From the NCBI GenBank assembly GCA_025558095.1, contig JAIVFI010000010.1, forward strand, positions 310,001-374,000: a stretch of DNA of 64,000 bases. Direction: 5' to 3'. Shown here piece after piece: positions 45,034 through 56,307 of the stretch. The notes under the pieces are model-generated. The model worked only from the letters and a program-made list of their open reading frames with translations. It ran no database searches and was not told the DNA's origin. A program made the position numbers and the translations under genes. How positions within the stretch are numbered: the stretch's first letter is position 1; each line of letters begins with the position of its first letter. Origin of the DNA: Hyaloraphidium curvatum SAG 235-1. Its lineage: Eukaryota > Fungi > Monoblepharomycota.

Positions 45034-47898
45034 TAGGGTGCCTGGCAAGCTCAAAAAATACCGTGCCCACGGGCATGCCCATCACCTGATCCGGTGCCCA
45101 TGGGCACCATATGGGCATGCCCATCATGTACTTGTAGAAGAGAGTCTATTAGGAACGTGCACGATGCTGCGCTAAGAGTGCTTCCAAGCTTATCTGTGCC
45201 TCCCCCTCCTCAACAAAAGCCCGCAGCGGTTGAGCAGCAGCCAATTGGGCTTCCTCAGCAGTGCGCAGTTGATTAATGTCGAGGAAACTCTCCAAGACAT
45301 AGGGCCCTGTCGCGGCGCGGAAGACGGAAGTTGTCCCAAATCCCACCTCGAACTCCTCCTCCTCCGCATCAATGCGAGGCCAAAGTGCGTGGAAAACATC
45401 TCGGTGCTGCTCGTTTTCCGGGTCCAGGGCCCGGATAGGAGCTCCCGAGCCCAAGGTCAAGGAATCCAGGACGTCGGCAAGGTTGTCATCGGTTCCGTGG
45501 GTTCTCCAGGGCTTTTCCTCCGCAGATTGCACCCTTGGCTTTAAGGTCTTCATCTCCTGCTTCAATGCGCTCTTGACCAGCCCTATTTCCTTCAACGTTG
45601 CGGAATTCATTCGATTCCGCGAGTCTGTCTTTGCAAGGCCCAAACTGGAAAACACGCGCTCGGTCGCGGCACTGTGCGGCGCAATGCTAAGCACCATGAG
45701 CGCAAACTCGCGCACAAAGACGAGTTCCGTAGTGCCCAAGCCCCAGGTCTCCCAGAACTCCCTTGCCGTCCGAACCTGGCCGTCGATCCCGCTGAACATG
45801 TTGCGCCCGAAGAAATAGTCATCCAGCTGGGCAAGGACCGACAAGCTGGCCTCCTGTCGGAACTTCCAAGCAAGCAGCAGCTTGCCAATCTCCCATTCGA
45901 GCCACCGCTTCTTGTCCCTGCCGTCGACCTGGCACCCAGTCACAGAAAACTTCCGGTGAACAGGGGAAAGGTGGAGAGCAACAAGGTAGATCGCATGATC
46001 AAACTCCTTGACTCTGGCATTTAACGACAACTTAGCCAGAGCGAATGTTTCCCTGGCACCCTCCACAACGGGACTAACACCACGCCAGGTCCGAGCAACC
46101 ATCGAATACTCGATCAGTACGTCTGCCAGGGTCGCGTCCGAATGCTCAAGGCGGCCTAGGGCATCCACAATCGGCCTCACGATCTGGATCAGCTCGGCAT
46201 TGTGGGCAAAGTGATACGGGTCCTTCACCACATCCAGCACCCGATCTGGAACGTCTGTCGGCCGTACACCGGGTTCCAGGCCATCGTGCGCGTGTTGCGG
46301 GCTGAGGAGAAGACGGAACCACGGCTGATGTGCGTCAATGCCCAAGCAGACCGTAATGAGAGAGTACCAGCGCGAGTCGGTATGCGTCGCGAGGGAGTGT
46401 GCAACATCGTGCTTGCCGGCCCAAATCTGGGCCAAGCGGCGCCACATAGGCGCCTTGTGAATCCAATTGACGAGAGTGAGGTTCTTTTTGATCACGGAGG
46501 TGGCCCAGTCGTGCTTCACAATGTCCTTGACGAGCAGGTTGAGGTTGTGGAGAACACACCGAATGCCGATGATGTGGGGGTGCTCCGTGCTCACCAGCCG
46601 ACGAAGCTTCTTCATGACGGAAGGACTGTCCGTGCAGAACGCGTTCACGGGGCCCGGGGCCGCGAGATTGAGGCCAATTGAGCGGCACGACATGTTCACC
46701 TTCTCGTGCAAAAGCTCCGCTTTGTGGCGATCCTGAGTGACATCCCAGAGGTCCAACAAACGCTCCATGCCCGGTGTAACGGCTACCATCGCGTAGATTG
46801 AGGCCCCAGACGAATCTTCCCATCCGTCAAGCTGCAGAGTCCACGACTTTGCGGTCCCACAAAGCACGACCAACTTCTGGGCTTCGTCCCTAGTGATCTG
46901 GGTCAGGATACCACCAATAGAGTGGCGTGTCAGGGGCCGGTACGCCGGGCTCAGGATCCCCAGAGCTTGCAGCAAATATGGATTCGACGCGAATCGAAAC
47001 GGGACGTTGCCGGTCACAAAAGCTTTGGTGATCGCGAAATCCACCGCACTTGCAGTGGCAGCAGACAGAGGGGGATGGAAATGAGCCAGGAGAGTTCCAG
47101 CGCCAGATGCGGAGCCCGCCGCAGAACACGCCGAGGGCGGCGTCGACGACGCGTCAGAAAACGCGTTCCTCTTCCTGCGTTTGCTCTGCGGCGCTGCAGC
47201 AGACTTTTTCTTCTGCTCCTCGTCGTACTGATTGAGGCGCCGAAGGTACGCGACGCGTTCTTCCCCCACGGACTTGCACTTGGAAACGATGTGCTGCTCC
47301 AACCGTTCTGGCCGGCCATCCATTTCCTCCGAGCAGAAAGTGCACTTGGCCGTGACGCGTTTGCCCCTGTTCACCCCGTCCTTCCTTTTGACGAGGAAGC
47401 CCGCCCATCGCGGGTCGAGATCCGGTGCCGGGCGCACCCAATCGCCCCGCTCCACGGAAGGTCGCAAGGAGGCAGAGCCGCGCTCGGATCCGCTCTCCTC
47501 CTCGTCGCTGCGTCCTTCATTGACTGCGCTGATGCTGTCATTGGGCGCGAGTTCGTCCTCCATGTTCAGGACTTCGCAAAGCCGGTGAACTCGCGACGAA
47601 CCCCCCACCCGCCGACCGCGACACCCTCGCAGAAAAGGAACGGAGACCGCTCTACGGATGAATGATTTCATTGAATCACTATATCAATTCATCCACGTTT
47701 GCTTGGCGTGAGCGATAGATTCCGCGTCCTGGCCCTGGCTCCTGACCCCTTAGGCCGGCTCCCCTGCCCGCTCGACGGGCTCGCTGTTGGGCACCCGGTG
47801 GGCAGCGCATCCGCAATTGGTGCCCATGGGCATGCCATGGGCATGCCCATGGCATGCCCACTTTGGGCATGCCCAACTTTTTGGTGCCAGGCACCCTA
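45034..47898 (-). mobile_element. hAT transposon copy 2 (duplicated with the segment)
   Basis: Same TIRs and the same TSD ATCCCACC as copy 1, offset 13,512. Confidence 0.95.
45149..47563 (-). CDS. hAT transposase copy 2
   Basis: Translation identical to copy 1. Confidence 0.93.
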   Translation of the reverse strand: MEDELAPNDSISAVNEGRSDEEESGSERGSASLRPSVERGDWVRPAPDLDPRWAGFLVKRKDGVNRGKRVTAKCTFCSEEMDGRPERLEQHIVSKCKSVGEERVAYLRRLNQYDEEQKKKSAAAPQSKRRKRNAFSDASSTPPSACSAAGSASGAGTLLAHFHPPLSAATASAVDFAITKAFVTGNVPFRFASNPYLLQALGILSPAYRPLTRHSIGGILTQITRDEAQKLVVLCGTAKSWTLQLDGWEDSSGASIYAMVAVTPGMERLLDLWDVTQDRHKAELLHEKVNMSCRSIGLNLAAPGPVNAFCTDSPSVMKKLRRLVSTEHPHIIGIRCVLHNLNLLVKDIVKHDWATSVIKKNLTLVNWIHKAPMWRRLAQIWAGKHDVAHSLATHTDSRWYSLITVCLGIDAHQPWFRLLLSPQHAHDGLEPGVRPTDVPDRVLDVVKDPYHFAHNAELIQIVRPIVDALGRLEHSDATLADVLIEYSMVARTWRGVSPVVEGARETFALAKLSLNARVKEFDHAIYLVALHLSPVHRKFSVTGCQVDGRDKKRWLEWEIGKLLLAWKFRQEASLSVLAQLDDYFFGRNMFSGIDGQVRTAREFWETWGLGTTELVFVREFALMVLSIAPHSAATERVFSSLGLAKTDSRNRMNSATLKEIGLVKSALKQEMKTLKPRVQSAEEKPWRTHGTDDNLADVLDSLTLGSGAPIRALDPENEQHRDVFHALWPRIDAEEEEFEVGFGTTSVFRAATGPYVLESFLDINQLRTAEEAQLAAAQPLRAFVEEGEAQISLEALLAQHRARS

Positions 47899-48615
47899 AT
47901 CCCACCTTCTCGTGCTGGCGGCGCTGCCTCTTTGCCCGCTCGCCCCGTCCACGGGCGTCAGCCGCTGCGACGGGGAGCCAGACCCCTGGAAGTGAGGGGC
48001 ACCGATGCGCCCGAGCGGTAGGACATCGTGGGTCCTTCTTTCGGGAATGAATGCGCGCGTGCGGCGGCGCGCGGAGTTTGGGTCGGGAAGGTCGGGGATG
48101 TCCGCACGCGAGTAATAACACGCGATGGGGGCGGTCCGAAGCGCCTTCGGGGGGCTAGATGGGCGAGCTGGATGACGCGAGGGAGGCGAGCCGCGCTGCC
48201 GCCGTCGAGCTCGGCTTCTTCAAGGGCGCCGAGAAGAACGAGATCGCCGAGCTCTTGCACCGCTCCCAGCTTCCTCCCCCCTCGGACCCCGCTTCGGAGG
48301 CGCTGTGGGCCGCTGCGCCGGGGCTACCTGACAATGAGCGGCTGGACTGGCAGGCCACCGCGGGCAACTACTTCGTGGGCCGAACGCACAAATGGATGCG
48401 GGCTCCAGGGCGGTGTGACGCGCCGGCCGTGGCACTGGTGCTCCATCGCCCTGCAAACCCTCTCGGACGCGGCTCGGGGACTAGGCACGCAGACCCTGGA
48501 TCAAAAATGGTGCAATCTCGGCTGCAGGCCCAGTTACATCAAAAAGAAACTCTCCTGTCGCAGTGAATCCCGACCTCCAGAAGCAACCGAGGATGGAGCG
48601 CTTGCGGGTACCGTT

Positions 48616-49377
48616 CTAAAATGTGCCCTTGACTCCGATGTTGACGCCGCCCGCCCCTGCCTGAGGACCCGGTCAGCGCGTGCATTCGCGGCTCGGGTCG
48701 GCGTACTCACCCCGGGGTTGGCCCACCCGGTGGCCGAGAGGGTGGTGTTCTTGTCGATCTGGTGGCTGGCCGAGGCGCCGAACGTGGTGGCGGCGCTGCC
48801 GTTGGGGAACGTGGTGTGGCCGGCGGTCAGCCCGACGTTGGTTTTCCTGTCGATCTGGTGGTTGGCCGAAGCCCCGATGGCGGTGACGGCGCCGACGCCG
48901 GGGTACGTGGTGCTGCTGGTGCTGAGCCCGACGTTCGTGGGGCCGACCTGGTGGCTGCCCGACCACCCGACGCTGTGGACGCCGTGCGGGTGGCTCGCGG
49001 AGCTGAACGCCGCCGACGTGTTGCCGTGCGACAGGCTCGCCGTGGTAGTGGAGATGCCGGTTGAGTACCCGGTGTTGTGCTGGACGCCGACCCTCGTGCT
49101 CGAATCCAGCGGCATGCCGGCCCCCATGCTGAAGCCGGTCGCTGCGGGGATCGTGGTGAGGCTCCGATCTTGACGGCGGCGCTCAAAGTACCCTTGACTT
49201 CCTGCCCCACGTGTCCGTGGAGGTTCGCGTTGGCAGAGATCCCGCTGGTGGGGTCGTAGATGGCGTCTGCGGCGGAAAGACGACCGTGAGCGTCGGAATG
49301 TCGCCTTGCCGGGCGCGACACTTGCTGCCGTACGACACGCCGAGCCCGGTGTTCGTAGGGTTGAAGTTAAAAGACAT
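48616..49377 (-). CDS. Beta-hairpin-repeat protein, copy 2
   Basis: Copy of 35104-35865. Confidence 0.7.
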
Positions 49378-49850
49378 CTTGAGTGGTTAGGGTTGAAGTT
49401 GGAATGGGATGGCCCGACCCGGCGGGAGACCGCTTTTTGATTGCTCACGGCCCTCCCGCCTCGCGGACCGGCCTCCCGACGAACCTCCCGGTGCCGTTGC
49501 TCTCTCGACTCCGGTCGTGTGTCCGTCGCCCGGAGAAGCACACGCGGGCATCGGCATTACATGTCGTCACGATCTGGCTGCATTCGGCGCTTCTTGTTGC
49601 ATCGAAATGCGTCCGGACTTGGGGAGGGTCGCGAGGGTTGTGGCGAAGGCGGGAGGGTCGTCACGAGGATCGCACCGGCACACCGGCAGCCCAAAGAATC
49701 CAGAGTACTCCTTCAATTCACCTCGAACGAGGTCGCCGCCACATTCCGCGTCCAGTTCCGCCTCAAGTCTCGAAGCCGTAAGCGGCGAGGCCCGCTCTCC
49801 TGTCCCCTCTCCCGGCGGAACGCTGACGCCGCCGCTCCGCTCCGCAGCCC

Positions 49851-50048
49851 ATGTCCGACAACCAGGTCAACAACCCCGCGCAGTGCGCCAGCAACATCAT
49901 CACCATGACCAATACCGGTATGGCCATTGGCGCCAGGATCGGAGCGGCCGGCGGTCCCATCGGCACTGCCGTCGGGTCCGCGGCCGGCATGGCCATCGGG
50001 ATGGTGGCCGGGGCTTCGACCGAGGCCTGCCAGGAGCAGAAGAAATGA
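49851..50048 (+). CDS. Glycine-zipper bacteriocin-like peptide, copy 2
   Basis: Copy of 36339-36536. Confidence 0.75.
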   Translation: MSDNQVNNPAQCASNIITMTNTGMAIGARIGAAGGPIGTAVGSAAGMAIGMVAGASTEACQEQKK

Positions 50049-50329
50049 CGCAGCACTCGTTGCAAGGTGCGTTGAACTCTCCAGACGCGTCTCCGTAACA
50101 TTTTTAACTGACTCGTTCCGCCAAGGTCAGCACACGAAAGTGCAGAACGCCAAGAACCCAAGAACACAAGATAAAGGAGGCGATGATCAAACACCAGCAA
50201 ACATTCGTTTCAATTAGAGGCATTCCATCGTTGAGCAATCACCCGCCTGTTTACCACTTCGATCATCCGAGACTTCCCGAGGTCGTCTATATCGTCCACG
50301 GCAGAGCCCTTCCCACATTCAGCTGGCTC

Positions 50330-51823
50330 ATGGCGCTTCAACCTCTTGCGGCGTTTTTCGGGGCCTTTCGCGGCCTGGCTCGCGACTCTTCTCCCGCTTC
50401 CTCCGCCGCGTGTATCGACCGCGTCCCGAAAGAGGTGGCCGACCTCATCTTCACCTACCTCGCGTACCAGGACCTGGCTCGGCTCTCTCGCACGTCGAAG
50501 ATTTGGCGGAGCCTCGCGATCCCCTTCTTATACCGCGCAGTAGACCTGCGCGACAGTCGCATTTCCCCCGAACTTCACCGCGACCACCTGGAGTGGGTCA
50601 GGGAGCTCACTGCCCCAGCTGGCGAAGGCGATGAACAAGAGGGTCGGCTTTCTGACTTTCTGTGGCAGTGCTTTCGCTTGAGGCGACTGGTCCTGGTCGG
50701 GACACGCAAGTACGGCCTCGAACGAGCGCTGCGGGGGAGCATGAGGCGCCCTCTCAATGAGCTTATTGAGCTGGACATTGATATCAGTTCGATGTTCACG
50801 CCGCCTGAATGGAGCCTGGGGCTTCGTTCGCTGCCCGAGCGCGCGTGGCGGATTACCTTGCGGTGCCGAAGAGACGACGGCTCCATCGACGTTGCGAATG
50901 GGTTTTCCCTGCCTTTCTTTCTTGAGCATACGCTTTGTTTGTTCCCCGGCCTCGCTGAGCTGCGCCTCGACCTCGTCCTTGTGTCACCGCTTCCGCTTTC
51001 CGATCGGCCCTTCGTTTGGACCAACCTTGCCCCGTGTTTGCGCGAGCTCCGGCTCACAGGGTCCGCCCTGAATGAGTTGGCTGGCGTACAGTGCGGCCTT
51101 TTGCGAGAGATTCGGCTCGACCTTTTGGGTCTGTACGAATCCTTGACCTTGGAGCACGTGCGACACCTGGAAAGCCTACCCGTCGCCCCCAAAAGGCTCG
51201 TATTGCTGTGGGTGCACGAAGATCTGGATCGCCTGCGGGATCTGGTTCGGGGTTTCATACGGTACCCCTCTGTCGAGATCCATAGGCCGTTCGGAAGGCC
51301 TTCACCGGACCTCGGGGAGGCGCTCATGGAAGATGGCGGAATCTCGCACCTAAGGATTGTGCTGCACAACTTTCCGCGCGTCATGGACTCGATGGCGTAC
51401 AGTGAGTTGGGCCTGTGGGAGGAGCAGTTCGGCCCGCCTGTTCAGGAAGGAAGGACAGCAACGTTCGTTTGGCCCCAAGCCAAGACGCATGGTGCAGCGC
51501 AGTGGATGCAGAGCGCAGTGCGGCTCATGCGTCCGCATCTTGCGAGTCTGCAATTGCGAAACGTCTTCGGCACCATCTTCTACCATTCTGTGGTATACGT
51601 GATATCTTTAAGGCTCTTAGGCCGCTATGTCAGGACCGCAACAAGGTCTACGACCGGTTTCAATTCAAGTTTTGTCTCTTGGATGATTTTCCAGGCGCTG
51701 GTACCCCTGGTCGTTCAGAGATTGCTGTCCACGCAGCTTGTGTGGCACCAGCAGTGGGTGGCTAACCTCGGACTTCTACTGTTTGCGGCGCATACAGCGT
51801 GGCGGCGCGCTTCCTCGGCGTAG
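50330..51823 (+). CDS. F-box protein, copy 2
   Basis: Copy of 36818-38311. Confidence 0.75.
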   Translation: MALQPLAAFFGAFRGLARDSSPASSAACIDRVPKEVADLIFTYLAYQDLARLSRTSKIWRSLAIPFLYRAVDLRDSRISPELHRDHLEWVRELTAPAGEGDEQEGRLSDFLWQCFRLRRLVLVGTRKYGLERALRGSMRRPLNELIELDIDISSMFTPPEWSLGLRSLPERAWRITLRCRRDDGSIDVANGFSLPFFLEHTLCLFPGLAELRLDLVLVSPLPLSDRPFVWTNLAPCLRELRLTGSALNELAGVQCGLLREIRLDLLGLYESLTLEHVRHLESLPVAPKRLVLLWVHEDLDRLRDLVRGFIRYPSVEIHRPFGRPSPDLGEALMEDGGISHLRIVLHNFPRVMDSMAYSELGLWEEQFGPPVQEGRTATFVWPQAKTHGAAQWMQSAVRLMRPHLASLQLRNVFGTIFYHSVVYVISLRLLGRYVRTATRSTTGFNSSFVSWMIFQALVPLVVQRLLSTQLVWHQQWVANLGLLLFAAHTAWRRASSA

Positions 51824-51923
51824 TTTGCGGACTGTTGTGTGGAGCGTTTCCACCGCGCCGCCATTGCAGCCTGGATGGTGGCCAGCAAACCGAGAAGGGC
51901 CGGGCAGCACCAGTCTTCACGTT

Positions 51924-53171
51924 CTAGTAAGTCCTCCTCGGATACATCAGCGACATGTACCGGGCTACAAGGTCCCATAGATCTACCAACATGCTGTTCG
52001 TCACGTTGTTTGCAACTCCCATCCCATCCTGAAGTCCGGGCTGTTGTTCCACAGATTGCACAACTGGATCATTCGCAGGAAGTTCCAGTGCCAAGGCCAT
52101 TGCAGCAATGAGGTCACGCGAGCCTGGCAGCCAGAAATCAAGAGCAAAGAGCAGGAACTTGGTCCTGATAAACCTTGCTGCCTGGGCAAGGGCCACGTGG
52201 ATTTCGGCGAAGCCAAACTCGACCCAGGCACCAAAGCGGAACTCAACACTGTCCACAAGAGACGCTTGCACATGCTGATCGCGCCGCCAAGCTTCTGCTT
52301 GGTTGAACGGCAGTCTGGGGGTTGTGAAGGCTTTTCGGCCTCTACCGCGAACCACTAGCATGAGCTCTATGCGTTGTGGTGGGATGCCGCAAACCGCATT
52401 GTACTTGATGACGGCGCGCACACGAACCGTAATCTGAGGCAAGGAAGCAACAAGTGGTTGGAAGAAACCCACCAAAGAGTTGCGTGCCCAATATCTCACC
52501 CTGTGAACTATGTCGTAATTCTCAGCATAGAGCACAAAGCGGCCATCATCCGAGATTGAAAGCTCTGCGGTGTACGTGCTCGTACCATTGACGCCAGGAA
52601 TGATTGTTCCCAGCCTATTGAGTATGTCCCCGATGCTGCGGCCGCCCCAGACCACGCCAGTACGGCCCCGCATGTGCACAGTTTGTCGCCCAAACAGTAC
52701 GAGAGGATCTTCAATCTCCTCCATCCACTTCTGATCCGCACTTAAGTGCGCGGTCCCTTCAGTCACATCAAAACCGGGAGGCGAAAAAGACGTCGAGGGA
52801 GGGGAAGACAGGTTGGATGTCACTGCAACAGCTTGACTTTCAGGGTCTGGCATATCGGATCGTGGCCTCTTGCGTGGGTAGAAGAGCGCCGTCATAGGGT
52901 CCGCGTCCGACGGCAACACCGAAGCTGCTCCGGCAGTGAACCTGCCCATGTTGGTGCGAGACTGGGAAACAGCTTCCTGACCAGAAATTGGGCGGGGAGA
53001 ACGCTGCGCATGAGGCCGCACCGCGCTACCGTTGCCCCTCGTAAGGGCCGGAACCACAACACCGACGCTCGCGGTCGGGGTGAAGTTGAATTGAGCATGG
53101 TTCGGGTTGCCGGTGCCGAAAGCGAAGAGCCCTCCTTGGGCTGCGGCCGAGCGCGCTCTAACAGGGGCCAA
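51924..53171 (-). CDS. Hypothetical protein, copy 2
   Basis: Copy of 38412-39659. Confidence 0.45.
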   Translation of the reverse strand: MAPVRARSAAAQGGLFAFGTGNPNHAQFNFTPTASVGVVVPALTRGNGSAVRPHAQRSPRPISGQEAVSQSRTNMGRFTAGAASVLPSDADPMTALFYPRKRPRSDMPDPESQAVAVTSNLSSPPSTSFSPPGFDVTEGTAHLSADQKWMEEIEDPLVLFGRQTVHMRGRTGVVWGGRSIGDILNRLGTIIPGVNGTSTYTAELSISDDGRFVLYAENYDIVHRVRYWARNSLVGFFQPLVASLPQITVRVRAVIKYNAVCGIPPQRIELMLVVRGRGRKAFTTPRLPFNQAEAWRRDQHVQASLVDSVEFRFGAWVEFGFAEIHVALAQAARFIRTKFLLFALDFWLPGSRDLIAAMALALELPANDPVVQSVEQQPGLQDGMGVANNVTNSMLVDLWDLVARYMSLMYPRRTY

Positions 53172-53496
53172 GAGGGCTTCGTGTCCGTAACCCGCGCAAT
53201 CAGATACCGAAACTGGAGCCGAGGGAAAAGCTGGCGGATCGTCCGGACTCGCTGGCAGATCTGGTTCGTCGCCGTTGGGCGGCCAGTGGGATCCGTGCGG
53301 TACGTCGTTGAGGGCTGCAAAGCTTGGTGTTTCCCTGCCTGTAGCCGAGGAACCCCGTTGCGCAACACGAGAGCTCGACGTGCTGACGTCGCAGAACTGG
53401 GTGTACTTCCTCTCGATGCATGCTTTGGCGTGGGCCCCTTCCTGTCCGCTGAGTAGTTGCGAGAGTCAGAGAAACGTCAACAAGCACAACGCAACA

Positions 53497-53898
53497 CTAC
53501 CTCGCAACCTTGCGTTTGAAAGCGTTACAGAACAAGCACAAGGAAAGTTTCTCCGTGCCGAGATCTACGATGACGAAGCCCATCCACGTGGCTTCGGGCT
53601 TGTTCTCCACGTAGAACCAATAGGCGCGGTCGCGGAGGAGCTCGAGCCGCCAGGCGGATTTGTCCCAAATATAATCCAGAATGCTGTCGATTCTCTGCCG
53701 CGCCTTCTCGTCGAAGCTCGCGTACGAGCGCCAGGTCTGGCACGGGTTCTGTGCGCGAGTCGCGGGCCTGTCCTCGACTTCCGGGGGATTGGGACGCGCG
53801 TATCCAAGGACGCCGTCCAAAGCTTGGAAAGACTCCAGGCTCTGCCAAGCCTCCTTCATCCGCGCAGCGTCTCCGTTGTCCGCGGCACCCGCAGCCAT
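53497..53898 (-). CDS. Hypothetical Trp-rich protein, copy 2
   Basis: Copy of 39985-40386. Confidence 0.55.
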   Translation of the reverse strand: MAAGAADNGDAARMKEAWQSLESFQALDGVLGYARPNPPEVEDRPATRAQNPCQTWRSYASFDEKARQRIDSILDYIWDKSAWRLELLRDRAYWFYVENKPEATWMGFVIVDLGTEKLSLCLFCNAFKRKVAR

Positions 53899-54179
53899 TG
53901 TTCCCCGTCTCTGGCGCGGCCGACGGGGCACACGGGAAGCAAAAACCCCGCGATGCGGAACGGGCGATACGACGAACGAGTTTTGCGCGGAGCGGGGCGG
54001 GAGGTACGTTCCCGCTGACTCCTGTGAGGGCGGAAGTTGGAAGGGTTCCGAGTGTTCCGTGCTGTGCCGCATCAGCCGAGCCCCAGGGTGAAAACCGCCT
54101 CGTGTCTTTCAATGATGGATCATGTGCGGGCGGTTTGCGTTCTCCAAAAAACGTAGCTTTGCATGCCTGGTGCTATCTG

Positions 54180-55484
54180 CTACGCCAGCAACCACCCGCG
54201 CACGCCGCGGCCGACAATGGCCACGAAGGCCGCGTAGCCCGCAGCCTGCCAAAGCAACGGCACCCCCATCCATGCCAGGCACGCCGCAGCCGACCCATGC
54301 ACCGTCGTCCACGCCGCGAGCAGACGCCCCAGATCGGCCGGCGAAGGGCCGATCTCGATCACCGTCCGTCGAAGCGCAGCTTGCCGCCTGCCCACGACGC
54401 AGAGGTCCTCGACGTCCGCCAGCGGCGTCCAGTCCCCCTTCAAATGCATGTTTCGGAGGGCGGCGTCGGATTCCAGCCAGCGATCGGCGAGCCACGAGGC
54501 GAACGAGGCCAGGTCCTCCGCATCCTCGTCGCCGAGCCCGTGCTTCGCCGGAGGGCCGAAGCCAGGCCGTGATTGCGGCCGCTGCCCTGCGGCAACGATG
54601 CCGTCTGCGGTATGGGGCGTCGATCGGGCGATACCGGGGATCCGGTCAAGGGGAAACCTCCTAAGCAGCCATTCGCAGGTTCCAGGCGGCTCGCCTTCCA
54701 CCAGCATCGTCCGCGGCGTGTAAACCTCCTCCGCGTACCGGCCCTCGGAGAGCGCTCCGTAGGTGGCCGCGACGAGGTACAGCGCGCTCTGTTTGGCGCC
54801 TCCCGCGGCAAGCCGGCGCAGCAGCAGCCACAGCCCCGCGCTGTGCGGCATCAACGTGCCCTCGAAAGGGTGCGGCAGGTCCTGCCTCGCCGCATACGCC
54901 CGCGACCGCCCGATCGCCCGCTCGGAGAGCGCGACGCCCTCCGGGTAGACCACTGTCCACGCCGAATCCGCCAGGGCCGCGCCGGCGTGCCGCCCGATCG
55001 CCGCGGCGTCGTGCGCCCACTCCTGCCGCAGCATGAGGTGCCCCATGGTCCTCAGGCATGCGCCGACGAGGGGCAGACCGGCCAGCGACGCCTTGAGCGC
55101 GAACCGGGCGTCCGCGCCGCGCCCCAGGGAGGAGGCCGCGGCGCACGCGTATGCCCAGTCCATGCGCGAGAGGTGGTTGCTGGCGATCACCGGCGATGCC
55201 TCGAAGCGCAGGCCGTCGAGGGTTTCGCGGCCTTCAACGTGGATCACCAGGCACGGCACTGCCCCCCGCCGCGAGGCCATAACGCGCATGAAAAGGGACA
55301 CAAAGGAGCTAAAAAGCCCCGCCGCGAAGCGCCGCATTGTCTTTTGCAAGGCTTGCAGCCTCGCAAAGGGCCCCACGGGGAAGAGCGCGAGGTTCTGCAG
55401 CGCGACTACGGTGGAGAGCACGGACGCGAGCAGGCCCGCGAAAGAAGCTGCGGCGAGAACTTGGAGCGCCGCATGGCGCGGCAT
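54180..55484 (-). CDS. PlsC-type acyltransferase, copy 2
   Basis: Copy of 40668-41972. Confidence 0.85.
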   Translation of the reverse strand: MPRHAALQVLAAASFAGLLASVLSTVVALQNLALFPVGPFARLQALQKTMRRFAAGLFSSFVSLFMRVMASRRGAVPCLVIHVEGRETLDGLRFEASPVIASNHLSRMDWAYACAAASSLGRGADARFALKASLAGLPLVGACLRTMGHLMLRQEWAHDAAAIGRHAGAALADSAWTVVYPEGVALSERAIGRSRAYAARQDLPHPFEGTLMPHSAGLWLLLRRLAAGGAKQSALYLVAATYGALSEGRYAEEVYTPRTMLVEGEPPGTCEWLLRRFPLDRIPGIARSTPHTADGIVAAGQRPQSRPGFGPPAKHGLGDEDAEDLASFASWLADRWLESDAALRNMHLKGDWTPLADVEDLCVVGRRQAALRRTVIEIGPSPADLGRLLAAWTTVHGSAAACLAWMGVPLLWQAAGYAAFVAIVGRGVRGWLLA

Positions 55485-55939
55485 CGCGGCCGGGCTCCGC
55501 GTGGGACGCGTCGGAACGGGGCCGCCGCGTCCAATTTTGGGATGCGGCCTTCTCGTTTGCGTGGGTGACGGGACGTGATCCCCCGCTGGGGTTCCCCGCT
55601 AGTTCCCCGCCAACTCCCCCGCGAAGGCGCGGAGATCGACCCATCTTCGAAATCCTCGAGCACGGCCGCCAGATGATGGCCAATAACCCGCAGCTGGACG
55701 GCGTGGCAGCTTCAAGATTCGGAGTCAGGCGCCTGGTCAAGCCAGGACATCCGCGGAAGCGGCAGGTATCAGTTCGAACCCCCATCGGGGGCCGCCAGCG
55801 CCTTGTACACTCTGTGCGTGACGTACTACCGCGTTGCACCCGGGACGGCGCCATCCCGCGCCATCAGCCCCCGTCCCGTCCGGAACGCCGCGGGACCACT
55901 TTGCGCCTGTACCGCGTCGTCCCCACCACATCACCCCCG

Positions 55940-56189
55940 CGCGGACGGCATGGCCAAGCTCCTCGCCCACCCATGCCAGCGGGTCCTCCCGCAGGACAAC
56001 CTGACGCCGCTGCTCAACAAGCCGGCTCCCGCGCCGCCCCCGTACCGGCGCAGCTGCCGTCCAATACCGGGCAGCTCCGCGGCGCCTTCGGCAGCACCGA
56101 CCCCCAGCCCACGGACTTCCCCGCAGCCGGCGCAGCAGCGGCCGCAGAGCACCTCCCCTCTGCCGCCTCTGCCTCCGCCGCAGTCATGA
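55940..56189 (+). pseudogene. BABAM1 3' fragment (repeat junction 2)
   Basis: Copy of 42428-42677. Confidence 0.85.
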
Positions 56190-56307
56190 AGCAAATCACT
56201 TCCATACCATGTATTTTTGATTCCAAGAACGAGAGCACCTACTTGCCGGCCCGCCGGCGGGGCGCGCCACGCGCCCCCGGTATCGTCCCCTCCCACCATC
56301 CTCTTTC

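Larger units (their letters stand above)
42796..48026 (-). pseudogene. Alpha-actinin-like gene copy 2 (chimeric: 3' half as copy 3, 5' half with hAT and frameshift as copy 1)
   Basis: Shares FEPY/QKL/DPEM variants with copy 3, and the transposon plus exon-1 stop with copy 1. Confidence 0.7.

Noticed and set aside
31522-47898. Two hAT copies as a composite transposon mobilising the cargo
   Set aside because: Both have the same TSD and flanks at offset 13,512, so this is one insertion duplicated passively. The repeat boundaries lie outside the element.
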